A stretch of 63,776 bases of DNA, the filler included, from Octopus bimaculoides (lineage: Eukaryota), in NCBI RefSeq assembly GCF_001194135.2. It is 7 parts of 6 records of this genome, joined end to end, with 100 filler letters (N's around TTAATTAATTAA, not from the genome) between each part and the next. Parts side by side here need not be neighbours in the genome. Positions count along the whole stretch, not along the records: positions 1 to 8,573 come from NW_026361988.1; positions 8,674 to 17,627 come from NC_069000.1; 5 more parts are not named here. One strand, written 5' to 3'. The notes below the pieces were generated by a model. That model saw only the letters and a program-made list of their open reading frames with translations. It did not search any database and had not been told where the DNA came from. Both the position numbers and the translations under genes were made by a program. Of the stretch, positions 1 to 13,160 are shown one piece after another. The first letter of the stretch is position 1, and every line of letters starts with the position of its first letter.

Positions 1-79
1 GTTCTGTTGCCTAATTCCATCGATGTTATTGGATTAGATATGTTTTTGTACGTGGAGCCCGGTGTAGCACATCCATGTT

Positions 80-293
<214 letters not shown>

Positions 294-797
294 GTGTTCG
301 ACTTTTGCTTTGTATTTGTACAAGTTGACTCCAAATCTCCTCCAGAGACCTCAAGAAACAAGCTAGAAGTTTAATTTGTTTTACTCCTTGGGTGTCTTAT
401 CTTTTGTTTTCTACAAAGTATTGTTCTAGTGAATGTTTAAGAAAACGTAAGAAAATTATAAATTTGTTTTAAAACTTGAGATTACATAGACAATATTTTA
501 CGTAGGATATGGGTAGTTTCCATGAGCACTATCCTTTGAATGTATGCCATTTCGGGGTTTCCTGGTATCTGAGCTAGGTAGGAATCATTTCTTTTTGCAA
601 TCATTCCTTGAGCACATATGACAACAGGTATTGTTTTAGTCTTCAGATTCCACATTTTCTCAATTTCTATTTCAAGATCTTTATACTTGCTCAATTTTTG
701 GTAGGTTTTCACAGATACATTTATGTCGATTGGGACAGTCATATCAATGAGGAGGTATGGTTTTTGTCTGAAGTTTTTCAATATAATGTTTATGCGG
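294..797 (-). mobile_element. 5'-truncated R4/Dong-clade LINE: C-terminal restriction-like endonuclease (REL) plus 3' UTR
   Basis: ORF 482-781(-) LLIDMTVPIDINVSVKTYQKLSKYKDLEIEIEKMWNLKTKTIPVVI...ILRKILSM* matches the Rex6/Dong REL C-terminus pattern (ID.A.P..K..KY..L...VPVVIGALG..ILR). The 3' end abuts (TAA)n. Confidence 0.85.
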
Positions 798-1577
798 GTG
801 ACGACCGATCCGGTTTGTATTTTGCTTTATTATCACTGGGGCATGACGAGCTTGAACGTTGACATTTGGAGACAGATCTGTCTGTTTAGGGTTAATCTCT
901 TGGGAGAATATTGCCTCCGAGTTCTCTGAATGAAAATATTGCTCGTAACGTAGCTTCTTAAGGCTAAGAGATTTGTATTCGGCTGTATTTTTTTTTTTTG
1001 TTGATAGATTTATCCCCGGGCTAAGTTTTTTTTTTTTTTTGTGTGTGTGTGTGGTATGTTTAAACTCATTAATTATTCACTCTGTCTGTGTTAGTTCGAA
1101 AAATAAAAAAAAATTAAAAAATTGTTTTTTCTTTTGCTTCGTATGTGACGCGTGCTTTCATATGGGTGTGTGTGTCCTGTAAATTTCACGTAGTTGTGTA
1201 AACATTGGGATGTGTGTGTAGTGTTATGGGTATTAAAATGCATATGTGATTGTGTAGACATTCGAGCGTATGCGTAATTAATCAATTTGCGTAATTATTG
1301 TTTTGTTCCACTTATATTTCCTAATTTGTAAACTTTCCGATGTCGATATCGCTTGTATCTTTCGCACATGTTTCACTGAGAAATCGTGCATGGGAAAAAC
1401 TGCTTTGTACGGCCGTAAAATTTCGTTTTTGTGATTATTTTCGTTAAAAGACTGCTTCTTTCAAGTCTTCCATACGTTCCTTTATCCCATTCCACTGATG
1501 TTATTAGATTAGATTTGTTTTAGAATGGAGAGCCCGATGTAACACATCTATGTTGTTATTCAGCGCGGAGCTCTTCC

Positions 1578-1786
<209 letters not shown>

Positions 1787-2686
1787 TGGCATAACTTTCC
1801 GTGGAATTTTACTTATTAAGTATTATTAAGTCGATCAGGAGTGTAAGGAACTGGTCGCTTTCAATTTATTACTCGATCCTTGTGACATTTTGAAAAAGAA
1901 AAAAAAATATTCAATCAAAGCAAAATTTCCAGGAATGTTTCCATCCGTTCGTTTTTGCCGACCGGTTATCATAAGCGGAAAGTAAAAGATTAATTTCAAT
2001 GTGAAGTTATTATTTTCGCAGTTAAATCTTCCAGTACACCACATCCTTAGAAATAAACAAGAAATGCAACAAACAACACTAACAACAACAGCAATAACAA
2101 CAACAAAAACCGCAGGAACGACAGTAGCAATAATAGAAACAACTGTGATGATGTGTTATACAGAGTAACAGACAGGAGATAATTTATTACAACCAACATT
2201 GACCCATTAACAAGAAACGTGGATAGGAGCAACAGTATCAGTATTGACAAGAGCAATAAGAACAACCACAGCAACAGTAGAAGCACTGTAAAAGTTTCTC
2301 CTTTGATGGTGCTGCAAAAATATTTGTCTTACCTCAATTGGACAGAAACACCTGGACTTGTGCAAAGCAGCGAAACACATTAACAGTCAGAGTAGAAATG
2401 CTACACTGACTGCAGTGCAGGATCTCGTACAGCAAAACAGAAAATGGAATGAGAAAGTATCGTAATGCTTCTTGTCATCAAAAGGAAGAAGAGAGTTTAG
2501 GAAAGAAGGTTTGGAAGATTAAACTGTGGGGAGAAAGTAGGTGAGTTGTTAAACACCAAGTACACGACCATGTTGTGTGAGAAACGTTAGAATGTAGTGC
2601 AGGTACATAGATCTGAGAATAAAGTTTATGCGTGGCTGGAAGTGCGTATATGGGGAGTGATGTGTCTGTGTGCGCGTGTGTTAGGA

Positions 2687-2722
<36 letters not shown>

Positions 2723-3402
2723 TTAGGTGATACAAGAAAGGGACAAAACATCCACATAGACGATACAAAGAAAACACGGACAGGTCATTCGGAGTTTTCT
2801 CTCTTCAGTCGAGATCCAGATTATCCTTGCAATTTCGGCTGGTTATTCTCGATATTGCTCCAATCTGGCCAGTCCCAAGGAAAAACTAAGCTAAGAGCAT
2901 TAGATTCATTGGAAGAAAGCAGTGAATGTATACAAAAACAAAGACGGAAAAAACGAACAGTGTTACACAAATACAGTAGGAATAATAACAGGACATAACA
3001 ACAGGTGTGTTTCGACTAAGGACGAATAAAATTAAGCTGCCGTATATGGAAATATATATATACGTGCGAAACTATAGTGATACTAATATTAGTGGATGTG
3101 TAGATCTGTGCGTGCAATATTTTGGTGAATAATGTGAATGTGTGTATAGAAGGTGATAGGTGTAAAAATGTAGGAATATAGATAACGGTGAAGCAAATAG
3201 AATGACAAGACTAATGTGAAAGGTGTTATTTGAATGCGTGTAGGTGTTTCACAAAATCAAGCAGAAGTGTGAAAACGTCTATTAAGTAAGTAGAAAAGCT
3301 TTAATTAAAATGTTCTTAATCATATGCAAAACTAGAAACACACCACACACACACATTCACACACGCACATACACACACATACATGTACATATATATAAAC
3401 AA

Positions 3403-4425
3403 TTTATATAATGACCTTTCCAGCGTCGTAAATCACTGCAAAGTGAAAATATTTGCTGATGACACTAAACTCCAGCAAATCATCAAAGAAGAAAAAGACT
3501 GAACCCAACTCCAGTCTGATCTATATGCTGTGAGTCAATGGGCAGATAAAACCAAAATGAAACTGAACGAGGGAAAATTTGAGCTGATGCATTTTGGAAG
3601 AAAGTCTATACTAAAACAGCCATACTCTCTTCCTTCTGGGAAACCGCTCACGGCATCCAATAATATCAAATATCTAGGTGTAATTATTGATAACAATCTC
3701 AATTGGAGTACCCACATCAACAATAAGGTCAATATAGATCGTAGGATGGGCTCCTGGATTTTAAGAACCTTCCGGTCCAGAGAACAAGGTGTCATCATTC
3801 CACTTTTCTCCTCTTTGTACGGCCACACCTCAAATACTGCTACCCCTTGTGCTCTCCCCATACAAAACAAAACATCTCGAGGATTGAATCACCCCAGGGG
3901 GCACTCACCAAACTAATTGAAGGCATGACTGATCTTGATTACTAGGACCGCCTTAAAGCCTTGAGGCTCTACTCTCTCCAACACCGCCGCGAGCGGTACA
4001 TCGTCTGTATGATGTGGAAAATATACCGCCAGCATTGCCTAAACGACCTACACATTAGCTTCAAGGTTCATTCAAAGCTGGGCCCACGGGCCATACGTCC
4101 CCTCACCAATTCAGGATCACAACATATAGGGACACTGCGGCATAATTTCTTTTCCTCAACAGGCCCTGCCTTGTTTAACATTGTCCCGAAACAGATAAAA
4201 GAGGAAAAGGATCCTATCAGCTTTAAACGGAGTCTAGACAGGTTTCTTCAAGGAATATCAGACAAGCCACCCATACCTGGATACAACTCACTCAATAAGA
4301 ACTCACTACTTGAATGGACCATAGACCAAACTTGACTGTAAAAAGGATTTAGATAATCTTATCAGGTGGTGCTATTGAGTTAGACATGGCCTGGACCAAT
4401 CTTTGGTCGAGGCATATCTAAGTTT
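3403..4425 (+). mobile_element. 5'-truncated CR1/L2-group LINE (RT C-terminal half, disrupted)
   Basis: KIFADDTKL at 3452-3463, then YLGVIIDNNLNW, (V)RPHLEY via frameshift, LYSLQHRRERY, FKRSLDRFL..PG; contains stops and frameshifts. Confidence 0.85.
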
Positions 4426-4504
4426 CGGTCCGCAGACGCCATGATTAATCGCTGACCAAACACCATTCAATTTTTTTTCTCCGTGTTTTTCTCCTTGTTT
4501 TCTC

Positions 4505-4620
4505 CGTATTCTTTCTGTTGAAGAGCGTAGCTCGAAACGTTGAAGACTTTCTGTATTCCCGAGCGTCAAACTAATACATCCTTTTGTTGTTTACACCACC
4601 TGCCCTCGTCTGTTGTTGTT
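4505..4620 (+). mobile_element. Penelope pLTR-like end carrying a degenerate hammerhead motif
   Basis: TTGAAGA(4518-4524)-GCGTAGCTC-GAAA(4534-4537)-CGTT resembles the motifs at 11860 and 12047. Stem I is poor. Confidence 0.4.
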
Positions 4621-4646
4621 TTCCCGTAAATTCTCCCTCCTATATA

Positions 4647-4707
<61 letters not shown>

Positions 4708-4782
4708 GTTGTTGTTTACGATAATATCAAGTGGTGCAGCATGCGTAAATAACCATCAACGTAATACCAGTGTATCAGCGGA

Positions 4783-5030
4783 AATTTGTGGTTATCCAAC
4801 GCGAAATACATCAACACCTATGAAGGCGGTACTCCGACAAGGCCTTAGTGAAGATGAACAGAACAACCTAAAGAACTTACGCATTACCTCGTACACGCGC
4901 ATCGGTACACACATAAACACGTATACACATATACTATACACGTATGCATAGACAAACGTATGTGTATATAGAAAAGCGCACGCATTTGTGATTTCCGTCG
5001 ACCAGTGAAGTCTTGATTGTATCAATGCAT
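4783..5030. repeat. About 250-bp arm of an inverted repeat pair (partner 5739-5990)
   Basis: For example CGTCGACCAGTGAAGTCTTGATTGTATCAAT here is the reverse complement of ATTGATACAATCAAGACTTCACTGGTCGACG. Confidence 0.85.
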
Positions 5031-5344
5031 TTCAAAATTACTTGTTTCAAAATACATATGTATGTGGTATGTTTGCGTGTGTGTGTGTGTGTGTCCATAT
5101 ATATATATATATATATTTATATAAAATGTATGTATGTATANNNNNNNNNNNNNNNNNNNNNNNNNNNNNNNNNNNNNNNNNNNNNNNNNNNNNNNNNNNN
5201 NNNNNNNNNNNNNNNNNNNNNNNNNNNNNNNNNNNNNNNNNNNNNNNNNNNNNNNNNNNNNNNNNNNNNNNNNNNNNNNNNNNNNNNNNNNNNNNNNNNA
5301 AAAGTAATTTTGAAATGCATTGATGCAATCCTTTTTCTACTCTA

Positions 5345-5498
5345 GGCTCAAAGTTGATTAGATCGACTCCAGTACGCACCTGGTACTTAATTTATCGAAC
5401 CCGAAAGGATGAAAGGCGAAGTCAACCTCGTCGGAATTTAAGCTCAGAACGTAAAGACAGACGAAATACCGCTAAGCATTTCGCCCGGCGTGCTAACA
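5345..5498 (-). mobile_element. tRNA-derived SINE family A, partial
   Basis: Reverse complement of the body at 6774-6990. Confidence 0.75.
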
Positions 5499-5499
5499 T

Positions 5500-5737
5500 T
5501 TCTTATTTCTTTATTGCCCACAAGGGGCTAAACATAGAGGGGACAAACAAGGACAGATAAAGGGATTAAGTCGATTACATCGATCACAGGGCGTAACTGG
5601 TACTTATTTAATCGACCCCGAAAGGAGGAAAGGAAAATCGACCTCGGCGAAATTTGAACTCAGAACGTAACGGCAGACGAAATGTACGGTTAAGCATTTC
5701 GCCCGGCGTGCTAACGTTTCTGCCAGCTCGCCGCCTT
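5500..5737 (-). mobile_element. tRNA-derived SINE family A, full copy with an L1/Tx1-like 3' tail
   Basis: Head GGCGGCGAGCTGGCAG (A-box-like), GAGTTCAAATT (B-box-like); tail ends ...GGGCAATAAAGAAATAA. Confidence 0.8.
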
Positions 5738-5738
5738 A

Positions 5739-5990
5739 ATGTATTGATACAATCAAGACTTCACTGGTCGACGGAAAGCACAATTGCGTGCGTATTTCTG
5801 TATACACATACGTTTGTCTCTGCATGCGTGTATAGTATATGTATATACGTGTATATGTGTGTACCGATGCGCGTGTACGCATTAATGCGCTAGAACTTTA
5901 GTTTGTCGTTCGCTTTCGCCATCTCTCACTCAGTCGTTGGAGCACCGCCTTCATACGCGTAGATGTATTTCGCGTCGGATAATCACATGA
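5739..5990. repeat. About 250-bp arm of an inverted repeat pair (partner 4783-5030)
   Basis: Reverse-complement similarity along its length. Confidence 0.85.
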
Positions 5991-6670
5991 GAGAATTTGT
6001 GAAGTGATATTTCTCGTGATAAGCCGGCGTGGCGGTTTCTTTCCACTTGTGAAAAGGAACAATTCCAAGATATCCTGCGCTGGTCATCTTTGGAAACGTG
6101 ATCAAGCACAGATACTTTGTATTAGAGCAATGATGCAAATGGATTCGAAGCTATTGCGTTCGACCATTTTTTTTTTCCATTTTTATTCTCGTTTTTTGTT
6201 GTTTTTTTTTTTTGTCTCTGATGCCCTTAGTGTCTCGTATGTGACATTTGCTGAATGGTCGCTGTAAAAACAAATTAATTAATTTAAGCGTCGGGTGTTA
6301 GAGTGAAATATCGAAGTAATTAAGAGGCGTATATGTATGAGAAATGGTTGTTTAAAAGGTGGCTCTATGGCAATGAGTTTGCTCTGATGGTTGATATTTA
6401 ATAGTTATTTTATTAGAGAACGTTGTTAATTTTTTTCACCGTATAATTAAAAAAAGAAATGATAGCTAAAATTTAAAAGAAAAATTCAAGATATAANNNN
6501 NNNNNNNNNNNNNNNNNNNNNNNNNNNNNNNNNNNNNNNNNNNNNNNNNNNNNNNNNNNNNNNNNNNNNNNNNNNNNNNNNNNNNNNNNNNNNNNNNNNN
6601 NNNNNNNNNNNNNNNNNNNNNNNNNNNNNNNNNNNNNNNNNNNNNNNNNNNNNNNNNNNNNNNNNNNNNN

Positions 6671-6723
<53 letters not shown>

Positions 6724-6773
6724 GTGTGTGTGTGAGATTATCTTCCTTTTCGGCATTATCTGTTTGATGGTGC

Positions 6774-6990
6774 AAGGCGGTGAGCTGGCAGAATCGTTAG
6801 CACTCCGGGCGAAAGGCTTAGCTGTATTTCGTCTGTCTTTATGCTCTGAGTTCAAACTCCGCCAGGGTCGACTTTGTTTTTCATCCTTTCGTGGTCGATT
6901 AAATAAGTACTAGTTACACACTGGGGTCGATAAAGTCGACTAGCCCCCACCCCCTAATTTCAGGCCTTGTGCCTTAAATAGAAAGGATTA
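6774..6990 (+). mobile_element. tRNA-derived SINE family A with an alternative tail (GGCCTTGTGCC)
   Basis: A-box-like CTGGCAGAATCG, B-box-like GAGTTCAAACTCC, central CTTT..TTTCATCCTTTCG.GGTCGAT.AAATAAGTAC block. Other copies near 21789-21960, 34455-34540, 53546-53760 and 59770-59930. Confidence 0.8.
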
Positions 6991-7119
6991 TCTATTTGCT
7001 GGTGCACCATAGTTTCTTTGTCTTCCTTTAATCCTGTTTAATATTTTGCTCTATTTGTTTATACGTTGAGACCTTCTGGTTTCATCAAAACGATTACACG
7101 CAAATATATACGTCATATA

Positions 7120-7353
7120 TTTATTTCATTATTGCCTACGTGGGGCTAAACATAGAGGAGACAAACAAGGACAGTCAAAGGGATTAAGTCGATTACATCG
7201 ACTCCAGTGCGTAACTGGTACTTATTTAATCGACCCCGAAAGGATGAAAGGCAAAGTCGGCCTCGGCGGAATTTGAACTCAGAACGTAACGGCAGACGAA
7301 ATACTGCTAAGCATCTCACCTGGCGTGCTAACGCTTCCGCCAGCTCGCCGCCT
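7120..7353 (-). mobile_element. tRNA-derived SINE family A, full copy with an L1/Tx1-like tail
   Basis: Near-identical to 5500-5737. Confidence 0.8.
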
Positions 7354-7412
7354 TATATAGGTCATATTGAATAGGGGTGGGGAGCGGGTTATCTATCTTA
7401 TATCTTTTATTT

Positions 7413-7618
7413 GTTTTAGTCATTAAACTGAGGCCATGCTGGAGCACTGCTTTGAAGAACTCTGGTTGAACGAATCGACCCCAGTACTTATTATTTTAAG
7501 CCAGGTCATAACTATCGGTTTTTCGGCAACGTAAACACACCAAGGACGTAAACACACCACCACCGGTTGTCAAGCTGTAGTAGACAAACACAGCCACATA
7601 CATACACACATACGAACA

Positions 7619-7620
<2 letters not shown>
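7413..7620. repeat. Dispersed repeat family C (about 200 bp, probable SINE)
   Basis: GCCATGCTGGAGCAC...GACC(C/T)CAG.ACTTA...TTGTCAAGC; also at 15553-15770 and inverted at 10600-10825. Confidence 0.7.
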
Positions 7621-7672
<52 letters not shown>

Positions 7673-7719
7673 CATGCATCTATGTATGTATGTATGTATG
7701 TATGTATGTATGTATGCAA

Positions 7720-7868
7720 CTGGCTTCTTGCAGCCGCCGTCTACCAAATCCACTCATAAGGCTTTGGTCGGTCAGAGGTTATAAGAAGACACCCTCCAAA
7801 GGCTCCATGCATTGGGACTGAACCCGGAACCATGAGGCTGGGAAGTAAACATCTTACCACACAGCCAG
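7720..7868 (-). mobile_element. tRNA-derived SINE family B (CORE-like CACCTTGGGCAAGTG block)
   Basis: Homologous copies at 15830-15985(-), 19365-19515, 20757-20912, 40800-40878, 50515-50600 and 55412-55520; B-box-like GGGTTCAGTCC. Confidence 0.7.
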
Positions 7869-8505
7869 AACGTTCTATTTATTTATTTATTGTTTTTATT
7901 CCTCGTATCTTGTATGCGAATTGATATGCAAGAGTTATAACTGAAATATAGACAATTCGAATTTCTAATATTTAGCGGAAAACACTTACATTGGGGTGAG
8001 AATACAGTCGATTAATTCCGCTCTAATATATGACTCGTACTTGCTTATTTATCCCGGGAAAATGAATCTATTGTGCATTTGTTGAGAGAAAACAAAGCGA
8101 TAGAGTTACGTTTGTTGACCGATTTCACTATCAATTCTGCGAATGATCAATTCTTATATTGGTTTAATAGCAACTTCAATGCTTGCGTTATGTTTATACA
8201 GCTAAATTATAGCAAATCTCAGGTGTTTGCCGAGAAATCATCATTCTGTAGTTCCGTAGGAAAATGGAAATAAGAACAATATTTCTGTTGGCCATTGAAT
8301 ATCAAAACTGAATTTGGAATTCCAAATTTCAAAGGACCATCTCTTAAATATATTCCACTCGGTAACCTAAGCACCATACAACACGATTTATACTCGAGTA
8401 AACGAACGATTTGGAGGTATTTATTTCATTCATTCTTCAGGTAATTCATCCGTTATCAAATCATCGAATATATTACCTGAATTCTCATAACCAGAGATAT
8501 TCATC

Positions 8506-8573
<68 letters not shown>

Positions 8574-8673
8574 NNNNNNNNNNNNNNNNNNNNNNNNNNN
8601 NNNNNNNNNNNNNNNNNTTAATTAATTAANNNNNNNNNNNNNNNNNNNNNNNNNNNNNNNNNNNNNNNNNNNN
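8574..8673. other. Scaffolding linker N44-TTAATTAATTAA-N44 (assembly artefact)
   Basis: Same 100-bp construct at 17628-17727, 31534-31633, 45347-45446, 60107-60206 and 61818-61917. The 12-mer has TAA stops in all six frames. Confidence 0.95.
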
Positions 8674-8733
8674 CACCACTACCACCACTACCAACAACGA
8701 CGACAACAACAACAACAACAACAACAACAACAT

Positions 8734-8765
<32 letters not shown>

Positions 8766-9324
8766 GCTACTACTACTACTACAACCACTACCACCACCCC
8801 CAACAACAATAACTACAACCACCGCTACCATTAGAATCACCACTCCCACAAGTACCATCACCACCTGCTAAGAGTATATCTTCTCCAAGAGCAGAAACAC
8901 TCAAAAGTGAAGAATTCATTTCAGCTTACTTTTAGGAAGACCAAACATTTGAGATTTGCTATGCAAAGTACTTTTGGCATTTTCATCTCCCAGAACAGAT
9001 TCTTGGACATAAGGTAGAAAAATGTAATTATCTTAATGTAGTATTAGCGTTACCATCACTAGAAAGGCAAGGCAAGCCATGTTCCGCAGTAGTGGCCGTG
9101 TGTGTATGTACCTGTCTGCCTGTCTATGTGTAGGAGGAGTGTAGGGAGGAGGTAAAGGTAAGTTGACCTATGGTCTAATGGAATTGTTCAGGTGTGTTGA
9201 TCAAGGGCAAGGGTGGTGGTGGTGGTGTTATGAGGTGTGCAGTTTCTGGTGCTGATTGTAATAAAGATGATGATAATGTTTTCATGACATATATATACAT
9301 ATATATATTTATGAATATGTATGT

Positions 9325-9404
<80 letters not shown>

Positions 9405-9618
9405 CAATCTATCTATCNNNNNNNNNNNNNNNNNNNNNNNNNNNTATATATATATATATATATAATAGTTTTCCTTTTTGGTGATATATAGCTAAACAGC
9501 TGCCTAATTTAATTATTTGTATACACATTAGTGATTCGCTAAATCATCCATAGATTTCTATGGAATAGACATATATACAGCTGGTGATCTTGCCCAGAAA
9601 CTGGTGTTTTATGCTGAA

Positions 9619-9668
9619 CCTGCTGATGAGTGCTTTGATCATAAAGCCGAAACCCTTGAAGGTCTAGG
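9619..9668 (+). ncRNA. Type I hammerhead ribozyme with canonical core
   Basis: Stem I CCTG(9619-22)/TAGG(9665-68); CTGATGA 9623-29; stem II G-C plus GCTTT/AAAGC; GAAA 9649-52; stem III ACC/GGT; GUC triplet ending at 9664. Confidence 0.75.
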
Positions 9669-10267
9669 GATGTCACAGCTGCCACTTCCAGCCACTTCCA
9701 GTTGCTAGCAGTATGTATGTATACAATTATGTGCACTGACTGCAACATCAGAGCACTTTAGGTCTTATTTCTAGCATTGTAGGTGTTCTAACATCCTCTG
9801 TCATATTTAATGACAATTATAGTTTTCCTTTTGGCGATACATTGCTAAACAGCAGACTAATTTAATTATATATATGTGTGTCTGTGTGTATGTGCACGTA
9901 TGTGTGTGTGTATGCATGTGTGTATATTTATGAAAGTATGTATGTAGCGTTGTGTGTATATCCCTGAAATATCAGCTGTATTAGTGTTATCCTCCCACTG
10001 CCACTCCATATTTGTCACACAACTTTATTCTCTCCTTCCCTGATATCAGTCAAACTCACTATGTCTTCACATTTCCCTCATACTAACACTCTTGTACCCT
10101 TCTCATTTTATCAAATAATAACTCAATCCCCCTCAAGGGGCCCATTATAGATTTTTACTGAAATCCATTTAGCCTATGGTTGAACTGGATGTTAGTTTAA
10201 CATGTGTGCAAAGTTTTGTCAAGTTTGATTCACTACTGTAGGCAGCAAGGTGGTAACAGCAAGGTGG

Positions 10268-10322
<55 letters not shown>

Positions 10323-11196
10323 TACACATAAATATATATATACATATATATATATATATAAACACACACATACATATATATGTGCATATATATATATATA
10401 TATATAAACAGATTATTGGCTACTTCAAGACAGTGATCGTTACTCTGCCGTTTACCTGTGCTTAGTTGAAATCTCTTCACTAGATTCAGCCAGCTATGCA
10501 ATATTCTGTTTTATTTAGACAGTCTGGCTCAGAATCATGTTGGTGCATGTGTTCCGGCTCCATCTCATGAGGGCTCAATTGTCAATATATATATATATTA
10601 ATGTGTGTGTCTTTGTGTCTGTTTGTCTCCCCACCATCGCTTGACAACTGATGCTTGTGTGTTTAAAACTCCGTAACTTAGCAGTCCGGCCTAAGAGATC
10701 AATAAGATATAAGTAACATAAGTACTAGGCTTACAAAGAATAAGTCCTGGGGTCGATTTCTTTGACTAAAACCCTTTAAAGAAGTGCTCCAGCATGGCCG
10801 CAGTCAACTGACTGAAACAAATAAAGGCTTTAAAAGAATATATATCTATACATATAAATTTGCCACGGGCAATACTTTCTTGTCTTGGGATTAACGGTCA
10901 AACAGCTATATGGAATTGTACGAAAAATTACACAGATGTGTAGAATGATCTGGTGGTGATGCTGGACTTTGTATTTTTTCATAGCTCTCATGGTTACAGA
11001 GATAATCTACTATAATAATACTCTTGTGTTTATGAATGAGAAAGGAAGGGATGATAGATGAATAAGGAAGGAAGGTGTGATGTCATACTTGGTAGTGGGA
11101 TGATGAAAATTGTACGCTGAAACAATTGTATGCTGAAACAGCATTTTAACTCTGTGTGAATATATGTGTGTGTATGTGTAAAAAGGAGGTATGTGA

Positions 11197-11228
<32 letters not shown>

Positions 11229-11291
11229 ATGCATGTGTGTGTGCATGCATGTGTGTGTGTATGTATGTGTTTGTGTGTGAGTGTGTGTGTT

Positions 11292-11328
<37 letters not shown>

Positions 11329-11665
11329 ATGCGCACAATAGAAGTGGGATGGTTCATCTTTGCTTAGTATTTGGGTTTATTTTTTGATTTGGTTGAATTT
11401 TGGTTGTTGTTGTTGTTGGTCAGTTATTTATAGCATTTTGACAGAAAGAAGTCATTCTAAAATTGTTTTTTAACATAAGCATGCCCAAACAAGTCGAAAG
11501 CTTACACAGAGCAGGTTTTATAGCCACATCATCCAAACCGACTGGGTGAAACCGGGCTTAGCTGCTAGTATATATGTATATATATATATATGACAAGGGC
11601 TTAGAAAAAATTTTCTAGCCTATATGCTGAGAAATAGATGCTAAAACATCTCACCACTATTATTC

Positions 11666-11736
<71 letters not shown>

Positions 11737-11859
11737 ATATATATACATATCTATAATCAATAAAAAAACGGATGAAGAAGACAAGAAAAAACAACAAAGT
11801 GAGGATGTGGTACATGCAAAGTATTAATGAGATGCTCAGAGAAGGAAAGAAAAAGTGGT

Positions 11860-11896
11860 TGTCTTACGTTTCAAGCAGAGCTCTTCTTCGGAAACA
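11860..11896 (-). ncRNA. Minimal hammerhead-like motif (U4>C change)
   Basis: Minus strand TGTTT-CCGAAGA-AGAGCTCTGCTT-GAAA-CGT-A-AGACA; palindromic ACGT helix III, 5-bp stem I. Confidence 0.55.
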
Positions 11897-12046
11897 GGAG
11901 ACATAGGAAAGTCCAAAACAAAAGGAAGAAGGATTTTAAAAAAAATTGATAACAGTCCACATATAGTTACATTTTTGTAATTACATGTGGGCTGTTGGTG
12001 ATTTTTCTTCCTTATTCTTCCTTTTCTTTTGGATTTTCTTGTCTCC

Positions 12047-12083
12047 TGATTCTGAAGAAGAGCTTTGCTTGAAATGTAAAACA
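12047..12083 (+). ncRNA. Minimal hammerhead-like motif (intact CUGAAGA/GAAA; helix III ACGT>ATGT)
   Basis: TGATT-CTGAAGA(12052-58)-AGAGCTTTGCTT-GAAA(12071-74)-TGT-A-AAACA. Confidence 0.55.
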
Positions 12084-12189
12084 ACCACTCTTTCTTTCCT
12101 TCTCTGAGTATCTCATTAATACTTTGCATGTACCATATACTTGCATTGCCGTTTGTTTTCTTGTCTTTTTTCCTCCATCTGATGCTACA

Positions 12190-12318
12190 TACACCCAGTT
12201 TTTCTCTCAAAGTGCTTGCACTCTGTCAGTGTGCAAATACGACAGAGTGTAAGTGATTTGAAAGAAGAACTGGGTATATAGGGTACCAGATGCAATGTGC
12301 AAGAGAGAAGACTGTGCT
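12190..12318. mobile_element. Small RTE fragment with an inverted partial duplicate
   Basis: 12240-12318 reads about RQSVSDLKEELG...CNVQERRL; 12190-12232 is the reverse complement of its start. Confidence 0.55.
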
Positions 12319-12381
12319 GTTAAATGCTCAGCCATACTTATTAAATGCTCAGCCATACCTGTTAAATGCTCAGCCATATGC
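12319..12381. repeat. 21-bp tandem repeat x3 (GTTAAATGCTCAGCCATACTT)
   Basis: Units start at 12319, 12340 and 12361. Confidence 0.9.
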
Positions 12382-13069
12382 ATACTAATTTAAGAGCAGG
12401 TAACTGTGTTGATTGAAATACTGAATCTTCGTTATAGAAGCAAAGAACCATTCACCCATATTCAAATATAATGCATAGAGTTTTATTTGAAGCATGAAAA
12501 ACTTCACAAATCTTTACGCCAAGTTTCATGTTACAGATTATTGGACAAAGAATGGTAAAAAGAAACTTGGAATTATGATTTATGAAGTTTTCAGTTTCAA
12601 ATAAAATTTGATATTTCATTCTATTCACTCTGCATTATATCTTACTTGCACTTACATGTTTATATACACACATACACATACATGCACACATACATACACA
12701 TGCACACACACATATGAGCACACAAACACACACACACACACATACATGCACATACATACATGCACATACATACATGCATGTATGCACACCCATGCACACA
12801 TTATTATTTTAGGTTTAGTTGATCGTTTTGACCTCAATGATTATTTTTCAATGGTACCAATGATGATGATGATGATGATGGGGTGGTGGTGGTGATGATG
12901 ATGATCTATATTTTTTGAACCATTAAGTTATGGGACATACAGGAACAGAACATAAACAAAATTAATGGTTTTAGATTGGTGTAAACTTAAACAAAAGCAT
13001 GAACACACATAGATACATAACTACATACACACATACTCATACATACACATACACACACACATATGTATG

Positions 13070-13160
<91 letters not shown>

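Larger units (their letters stand above)
11766..12183. mobile_element. Fold-back repeat with about 205-bp arms (Penelope inverted-pLTR-like)
   Basis: Arms meet at TTACA-tttt-TGTAA (11967-11980); each arm carries a hammerhead-like motif. Confidence 0.8.

Noticed and set aside
2770-2800. Minus strand CTGAAGA-GAGAAAACTCC-GAAT as a hammerhead
   Set aside because: GAAA is replaced by GAAT and no convincing stem III or stem I forms.
5905-5940. Minus strand CTGAGTGA..CGAAA
   Set aside because: No U16.1 or stem III, and not conserved in the partner arm.
6774-6860. SINE heads as true tRNA genes
   Set aside because: A/B boxes only; no cloverleaf, and they continue into repeat bodies.
10525-10580. 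Minus strand CTCATGAG..CCGGAAC degenerate hammerhead
   Set aside because: Two invariant core positions are changed; indistinguishable from chance.
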